Positions 59,256 to 64,000 of a stretch of DNA of 64,000 bases are shown here, one piece after another. The notes below the pieces were generated by a model. That model had not been told where the DNA came from and ran no database searches. It saw only the letters and a list, made by a program, of their open reading frames with translations. Origin of the DNA: Candidatus Yanofskybacteria bacterium CG10_big_fil_rev_8_21_14_0_10_36_16 (GTDB lineage Bacteria > Patescibacteriota > Minisyncoccia > 2-02-FULL-40-12 > IGHO2-01-FULL-4-A); the NCBI GenBank assembly GCA_002794035.1, contig PCXQ01000004.1, forward strand, positions 97,213 through 161,212. Direction: 5' to 3'. Numbering within the stretch: position 1 is the stretch's first letter; each line of letters starts with the position of its first letter. The position numbers were made by a program, and so were the translations under genes.

Positions 59256-60284
59256 TCATTTTATAATCTTTGTTATTTTATCTATTAATTTGTCTACGGA
59301 ATGATTATCTGTTACATATTGCCTTAATTCGTTACCGTAATCTCTGTCTTTAACTTCCATAATTTTTTTAGCTAAATAATCAGGGTTATCTTCTCTAAGT
59401 ATCAATTCCTCAGGCAAAAATTCACGAGCAGAATCATTGGAGCTTAACACGATACACCCAGAAGCCATTGCCTCCAAAATAGTTTTATCTAAACTCCCTG
59501 TCTGGCTTAAATTTATATAAATACGATGAGAGCTGTAATATTCGGGCAAATCTTTATTGGCTATTTTGCCAATAAATTTAACACTACTCTCTAAACCAAA
59601 ATCTTCAACCTTTTCTTTAAGTTCTCGCTCATATTCTTTCTCTTCTTCATAAACCGGTGCGCCAATAATATCAAGCTCAAAATCTATACCTTTGTCTCTA
59701 ATAATTTTCATAGCCTCAACAAGATTGTTGTAATTTTTAATCCTAGAAATCCTCCCCACGCTTAGTATTTTTAATTTAGAATTTTGGGTTTTGAAGTTTG
59801 GATTTGGTACAAAAAGCGATGTGTCTATACCTTGCCCCACGATATTAAGCTTTGGGGTCTTTAAACGAAAACCTTGAGGCGTTGATGCAAAAATCCCATC
59901 AACAAATTTTTCAGCAACCCGATGTTTCCATGTTATGGTTTTATGTGCATACCAAAGATAAACATCCTTGCCAAGAAAACTCCACAACCACGCCCCCACC
60001 ACGACATAAATAGCACTCATGTGAACAAAGACCGATTGATACTCCTTCCTGCACTCCCATGACATTTTATAAAGATTCAACAGCCACAAAATTTTAGGCA
60101 AACCCCTATCTTTGCCTAAGCTATAAACTTTAACATTGTCCGGTAAATTAAAATTGCCTTTTTCAAGACATAAAATATTTATCTTTTCGTATTTTTTAGC
60201 AAATTCTTTTATCCAGCTAATAAAAAACCCCAGTAACTGGTCATCGTCGTCTATACTTTTTGTAATTATTAGTAAGCCCCTCAT
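59256..60284 (-). CDS. Glycosyltransferase family 1 (GT4)
   Basis: GT-B C-terminal domain ILEAMASGCIVLSSN. Confidence 0.8.
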   Translation of the reverse strand: MRGLLIITKSIDDDDQLLGFFISWIKEFAKKYEKINILCLEKGNFNLPDNVKVYSLGKDRGLPKILWLLNLYKMSWECRKEYQSVFVHMSAIYVVVGAWLWSFLGKDVYLWYAHKTITWKHRVAEKFVDGIFASTPQGFRLKTPKLNIVGQGIDTSLFVPNPNFKTQNSKLKILSVGRISRIKNYNNLVEAMKIIRDKGIDFELDIIGAPVYEEEKEYERELKEKVEDFGLESSVKFIGKIANKDLPEYYSSHRIYINLSQTGSLDKTILEAMASGCIVLSSNDSAREFLPEELILREDNPDYLAKKIMEVKDRDYGNELRQYVTDNHSVDKLIDKITKIIK

Positions 60285-60299
60285 TTAAATCTTTTATTA

Positions 60300-60475
60300 G
60301 GTTAATAACTCGTACGTTTGCCCAAGTTCGAGACAAAATGGTTGAGGAATGATGAGGCGTACTGTAGCTACGTCGAATTATTCCGAAACCATTTTAACAA
60401 AGAAATTGGGTAAACCTTCTTAGGCTTGAGCAGGATAAGCCCGTTTGGTTAGGGCTTCCTGCGAAAGCGTGCGAG
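60300..60475. other. GC-enriched structured intergenic element (nested stems aatggtt/aaccatt, ggaat/attcc), related to element at 61676..61770
   Basis: Compositional island in AT-rich background; nested complementarity; partial similarity to reverse complement of 61690-61765. Confidence 0.35.
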
Positions 60476-61675
60476 TTATAAAGAATTTAAAATTTCCATA
60501 TGACCAGCAACCACCTTATCCCATGTTTGCTCTATCATAATAGTATTAAGTTCACTTTTTGCATTTTTATAAAAGTCATCCTTAAGAAAGTTTCTCATTG
60601 TTTCTTCAAGTTCCTCTTCATTCTTTGCTGAAAACTGCCAACTATTGGGCAATTTTATGGTAAGGCCATTTTCACGGCTTAATATTGCCGGCACACCAAA
60701 TGACAAGCATTCTAAAATAAAATTGGGGTTAAATTCAGTAAGCGCCGGTCCTATGCAAACAGAGGAGTTTTTTATGTGATCAAATAAATCTTCTTGTGGC
60801 ATTGAGGGCAGAATCGTTATTTTATCCCGGGAGCTAAGGCCTCTGATAATATTTCTTAACTTTTCTTCATCAGGCCCCTTCCCAATTAATTTTAATCTTG
60901 CCCTGCCATCATCTTTACTTATTTTATCAAAAACCTTAAGTACTAATTCTAGGTTCTTATATGAAACAAATCTACCTGCAAAAAGAAAAGTAAATTCATC
61001 ATCAGTATTATTTTCTAAAAATTCTCTTCTAAAAACTGGGTTATAAATTATCTTAATTCTTTCCGCTGAAACCCCATAATATTTTTCATAAAATTTCTGC
61101 CAAAAATCAGAATAAAGAACAATTACGTCTGTATGATTAAGCATGTAACGAATAACCCTAAAAAGATTTGGATTATCCTTCATATAATATCCGTCTTTAT
61201 AATACTCCAGTATTGATAAAAATCTTTTATTGTACTCAACAACCCTTTCCCAAATAGGATCGCCGCCAAATCTTGAAACAATTTTCTTTCCTAGTATTTT
61301 GGCGGATAAAAAAGCAGGGATACCTGAACTTGTTAGATTAAAATAATAAACAATGTCTGAGCCTAAAGTTTGCCTAAATACAGCAAAAAAATACTTTATC
61401 ATTTTAATTGGCAATGGCTGGCTTCTTGGTATCCGAATTACCCTAAAATCAAAATCATCCTCTCCATCATAATCACTATAAGTCACCACAGAAACTCTCC
61501 AGCCATGTTTCACTAAGGCTTCTGAGATTTTTCTAACATGAATAGCCGGCCCACCAAGGTCAGGATAGAATATTCCCGTTGCTAGTACTACATTTTTCAT
61601 AAGACTTGTTCGCAAAATAATGGAGCCCTTATTTTTTTGGGGCTTTCCATTATTTTGCCCTACGGGTTTGCTCAA
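60476..61675 (-). CDS. Glycosyltransferase family 1 (GT4)
   Basis: GT-B C-terminal domain ILECLSFGVPAILSRENG. Confidence 0.8.
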   Translation of the reverse strand: MSKPVGQNNGKPQKNKGSIILRTSLMKNVVLATGIFYPDLGGPAIHVRKISEALVKHGWRVSVVTYSDYDGEDDFDFRVIRIPRSQPLPIKMIKYFFAVFRQTLGSDIVYYFNLTSSGIPAFLSAKILGKKIVSRFGGDPIWERVVEYNKRFLSILEYYKDGYYMKDNPNLFRVIRYMLNHTDVIVLYSDFWQKFYEKYYGVSAERIKIIYNPVFRREFLENNTDDEFTFLFAGRFVSYKNLELVLKVFDKISKDDGRARLKLIGKGPDEEKLRNIIRGLSSRDKITILPSMPQEDLFDHIKNSSVCIGPALTEFNPNFILECLSFGVPAILSRENGLTIKLPNSWQFSAKNEEELEETMRNFLKDDFYKNAKSELNTIMIEQTWDKVVAGHMEILNSL

Positions 61676-61811
61676 TTTCTTTGTTGGCCACTCCGGTGCT
61701 CCCTCAACGTACTTTTAGTACGACTCGGTTCGCTCCTCATGCCCACCTTGAAATTGAACAAACGCACTGCGTCTTTACTAACTAATAAATTTATTTTATT
61801 CTTTAATTGCT
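61676..61811. other. GC-enriched structured intergenic element (hairpin cgtac-tttta-gtacg and others)
   Basis: Local hairpins; shares cgtttg..caa..ttc...atgagg...cgtact...tacg blocks in inverted orientation with 60300-60380. Confidence 0.35.
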
Positions 61812-62705
61812 ATGAAAAATAAAACAAAAATCGCGATAATCGGTATTGGACGTTGGGGTAAAAATCTTGCCCGTGAATTTGGAAAAAATGCTGACATTAA
61901 GGCCTTTTGCCATACAGAAAAAAACGAAAACATAGATTGGTTAAATAAAAATTTCCCCAAAATCCCTTCTAAGAATTACGATAGCATATTAAAAGACGAA
62001 GACATAGAGGCAGTTATTATTGCCACACCCATAAATACACACCATAAACTTGCAAAACAAGCTCTTTTGGCAGGCAAACATGTATTCGTTGAAAAGCCGA
62101 TATCAGAAACTGTTAAGCAAGCGGAAGAACTTACACGGCTAGCCTCAAAAAAACAACTAATTTTATTTGTGGGCCATATTTTTTCATATCACCCCATTCT
62201 TGCAAAAGTAAAATCAATCACCAAGCGTGAAAAAATCAAAAAAGCCATATTTTCGTGGCATAAGCTAGGAACTTTTAAGGAAGACTTGGTGTTGAATCTT
62301 GGCTCACATGACATAGCAATAGCACTGGAACTTTTCAAAAAACCAACCAATATTAAAATAACTAAGAAAATAAAATCTGTAACAAGGTGCGACATTATTA
62401 ATCTCGATCTAAAATTCAAGGGCAACACAACATGTTCAATATATTTAAACCGAATTTCAAATCAAAAAAACAAAACAGCAACATTTATTGCGGATAAAAA
62501 TGTTTATCTATGGGAAAATAACAGCTTGTTTAAATTGAACAAAACAAAAAATGAGTTCTCGCTTATTTTTGAATCTAAAACAACACCTCTTGAAATTGAA
62601 GTTAAAGAATTTATTAATTGTATTCAAAATAAAAAAACACCATTAACTAATGGCGAATTCGGGACAGAAGTAGTTAAGGTTTTAGAAAAAATTAAGCATC
62701 AATAA
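61812..62705 (+). CDS. Gfo/Idh/MocA family NAD(P)-dependent oxidoreductase (sugar dehydrogenase-like)
   Basis: KIAIIGIGRWGKN Rossmann, EKP motif HVFVEKP. Confidence 0.8.
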   Translation: MKNKTKIAIIGIGRWGKNLAREFGKNADIKAFCHTEKNENIDWLNKNFPKIPSKNYDSILKDEDIEAVIIATPINTHHKLAKQALLAGKHVFVEKPISETVKQAEELTRLASKKQLILFVGHIFSYHPILAKVKSITKREKIKKAIFSWHKLGTFKEDLVLNLGSHDIAIALELFKKPTNIKITKKIKSVTRCDIINLDLKFKGNTTCSIYLNRISNQKNKTATFIADKNVYLWENNSLFKLNKTKNEFSLIFESKTTPLEIEVKEFINCIQNKKTPLTNGEFGTEVVKVLEKIKHQ

Positions 62706-63741
62706 TTTTCTCTACCTCGTCGGCCGCCAAAATACAATTTGCTACCTTGCCCGAGAAAACGGAAATTACTTTGTCATTTATTTTTGTAACCAAGGTGGGG
62801 CGAGAATCAGTTTTTTCATTATGTGCCAAAACAGTACGTATCGTAAACATGGAGCCAACATGTTTCGCCTTTTTGAGTGCCGGTACAAATTCAGAACCCG
62901 ACTCAATAAATTTTTTAAAATTAGTAACTGAAGGATTTTTAACCATCCCCTTATTAAGAAGGGGCTTTAATTTGGCACTAATTCTTGGATAATAGCCAAG
63001 ATTTGACTGATGGATAGAGTGTTTTACATTGCCTAACACAAAATGATCTGATTTACCAAAATGATCCAGGCACATAAATGGCCCGTCTACCACAACTACG
63101 CTTTTTTTAAGCAATTCCTTGGGTAGCTTTGCTACTGGTTTTTCAGCAACCTTGAATTGATACTTCCGTCTTTTTTCCGGCCATTTTTTTAGCAGACTAT
63201 TTGTGTCTGCATACGCGCAAATCACAACCTTGTCATAGTTTTTAAAATCCTTATCTTTAAATTCTGTATTTAATAAAAGTTTTATCTTGTGCTTTTTAAT
63301 TTTTAAATAGCACAGTTTTTTAAGAGTAGATACATCAAATAATTGCTCTTTCACGCTAAAACATCCCTCAACATTTTTATGATTAACAAATTTGGGGCTA
63401 ATTGGACGTGATTCGATATTTAATGCTTTGCAAAATCTTGAATGCTCCTCTGCTGTTGTTAAACTACCTTCCTTTGCCACAACATAATGATGTTTTATGC
63501 CGGGCACTACAACGCCTGGATATTCTTTTAAAAATAAAGGTAGGGCCCTCAGTGACTCCCTCCCAGTTTCCTTGCTCCTTGGATAGTGATACCCGCGATG
63601 TAATCTAAACTGATTTATACCAGAAGCTGCACTTAAAATGTCTCGGTTTTTCTCAAATAAAAAAATATCATGGCGTTTTTGGGCCAATCTTACAGCAACG
63701 GTTATTCCAAATATCCCACCTCCAATAACTGCTATTTTCAT
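62692..63741 (-). CDS. FAD/NAD(P)-binding oxidoreductase
   Basis: N-terminal KIAVIGGGIFGITVA dinucleotide-binding motif. Confidence 0.55.
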   Translation of the reverse strand: MKIAVIGGGIFGITVAVRLAQKRHDIFLFEKNRDILSAASGINQFRLHRGYHYPRSKETGRESLRALPLFLKEYPGVVVPGIKHHYVVAKEGSLTTAEEHSRFCKALNIESRPISPKFVNHKNVEGCFSVKEQLFDVSTLKKLCYLKIKKHKIKLLLNTEFKDKDFKNYDKVVICAYADTNSLLKKWPEKRRKYQFKVAEKPVAKLPKELLKKSVVVVDGPFMCLDHFGKSDHFVLGNVKHSIHQSNLGYYPRISAKLKPLLNKGMVKNPSVTNFKKFIESGSEFVPALKKAKHVGSMFTIRTVLAHNEKTDSRPTLVTKINDKVISVFSGKVANCILAADEVEKIIDA

Positions 63742-63751
63742 ATTTAATACT

Positions 63752-63967
63752 CTACCAGAAAAAACTTTCTAAATTCAAGAAGTTATCCTCAGCCTCTTTG
63801 AAACTAAATCCTGTTTTATTAGCTAAGGCAAAATTACCTATTTTATAATTTGCATATGCGAAAAGAACCCTTGCCGACTCATCTGTCGGATTGTCGCCAT
63901 AATATTTGGTTATAACATTTATAGCTTTTTGATAATTATGGGCTCTTATTTGGCTAATGACATACAA
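63752..63967 (-). CDS. Hypothetical protein, probably truncated by window end
   Basis: ORF only. Confidence 0.2.
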   Translation of the reverse strand: MYVISQIRAHNYQKAINVITKYYGDNPTDESARVLFAYANYKIGNFALANKTGFSFKEAEDNFLNLESFFW

Positions 63968-64000
63968 AATCTTGTTGCCTTCACCGCTGTAATTTAAGAC

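Overview
This window is AT-rich, with short intergenic spacers, a split transketolase and a reduced dcw cluster (mraZ-rsmH-ftsL-ftsI-murF, no murE). That looks like a small-genome bacterium, possibly Patescibacteria/CPR-like, but the lineage call is an inference. About 1-17.9 kb is mostly housekeeping, all on the minus strand: a GspE/PilB-type ATPase, RmuC, a nucleoside-deoxyribosyltransferase-like/NUDIX fusion, a tRNA-Glu locus with degenerate tRNA fragments, the dcw genes, split transketolase and GAPDH. From about 18 kb to the end is one very large glycan-biosynthesis and glycosylation island. It contains gmd/fcl, a second Gmd-like and Fcl-like pair, a DegT aminotransferase and an FdtA-like cupin. 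It also has many methyltransferases: two TylC3-type putative sugar C-methyltransferases, a double-methyltransferase fusion and a B12-binding radical SAM enzyme. An Arn-like lipid-linked sugar route is present (DegT, ArnE/F-like, polyprenyl-P GT2, and a GT-C ArnT/PMT-like enzyme). The island also carries at least five GT4 enzymes, a GT9 heptosyltransferase-like protein, a Wzy/O-antigen-ligase-TPR fusion and an ABC exporter. The most notable part is two separate nonulosonic-acid (sialic/legionaminic-like) biosynthesis modules. Module 1 is legionaminic-like: PseB/LegB-like dehydratase, two aminotransferases, a formyltransferase, NeuC-like, NeuB-like, an SDR and a CMP-transferase. Module 2 is a compact neuA-neuC-neuB set. 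Each module is paired with a member of a paralogous pair of uncharacterised proteins that carry an HP-type motif, which I propose are novel nonulosonic-acid transferases. A Maf-like (DUF115/MptE-like) gene next to the B12-rSAM gene fits the same theme. Non-coding signals include an ArsR-like regulator with a 10-bp inverted-repeat motif repeated upstream of three consecutive genes, and a roughly 55-100 bp GAAAATTG-rich intergenic element in three copies near rsmH and the transketolase genes. There is also a perfect 15-bp hairpin upstream of mraZ, two related GC-rich structured elements flanking one GT4 gene, several rho-independent terminators, and a frameshifted polysaccharide deacetylase. I found no CRISPR array, integrase or transposase.
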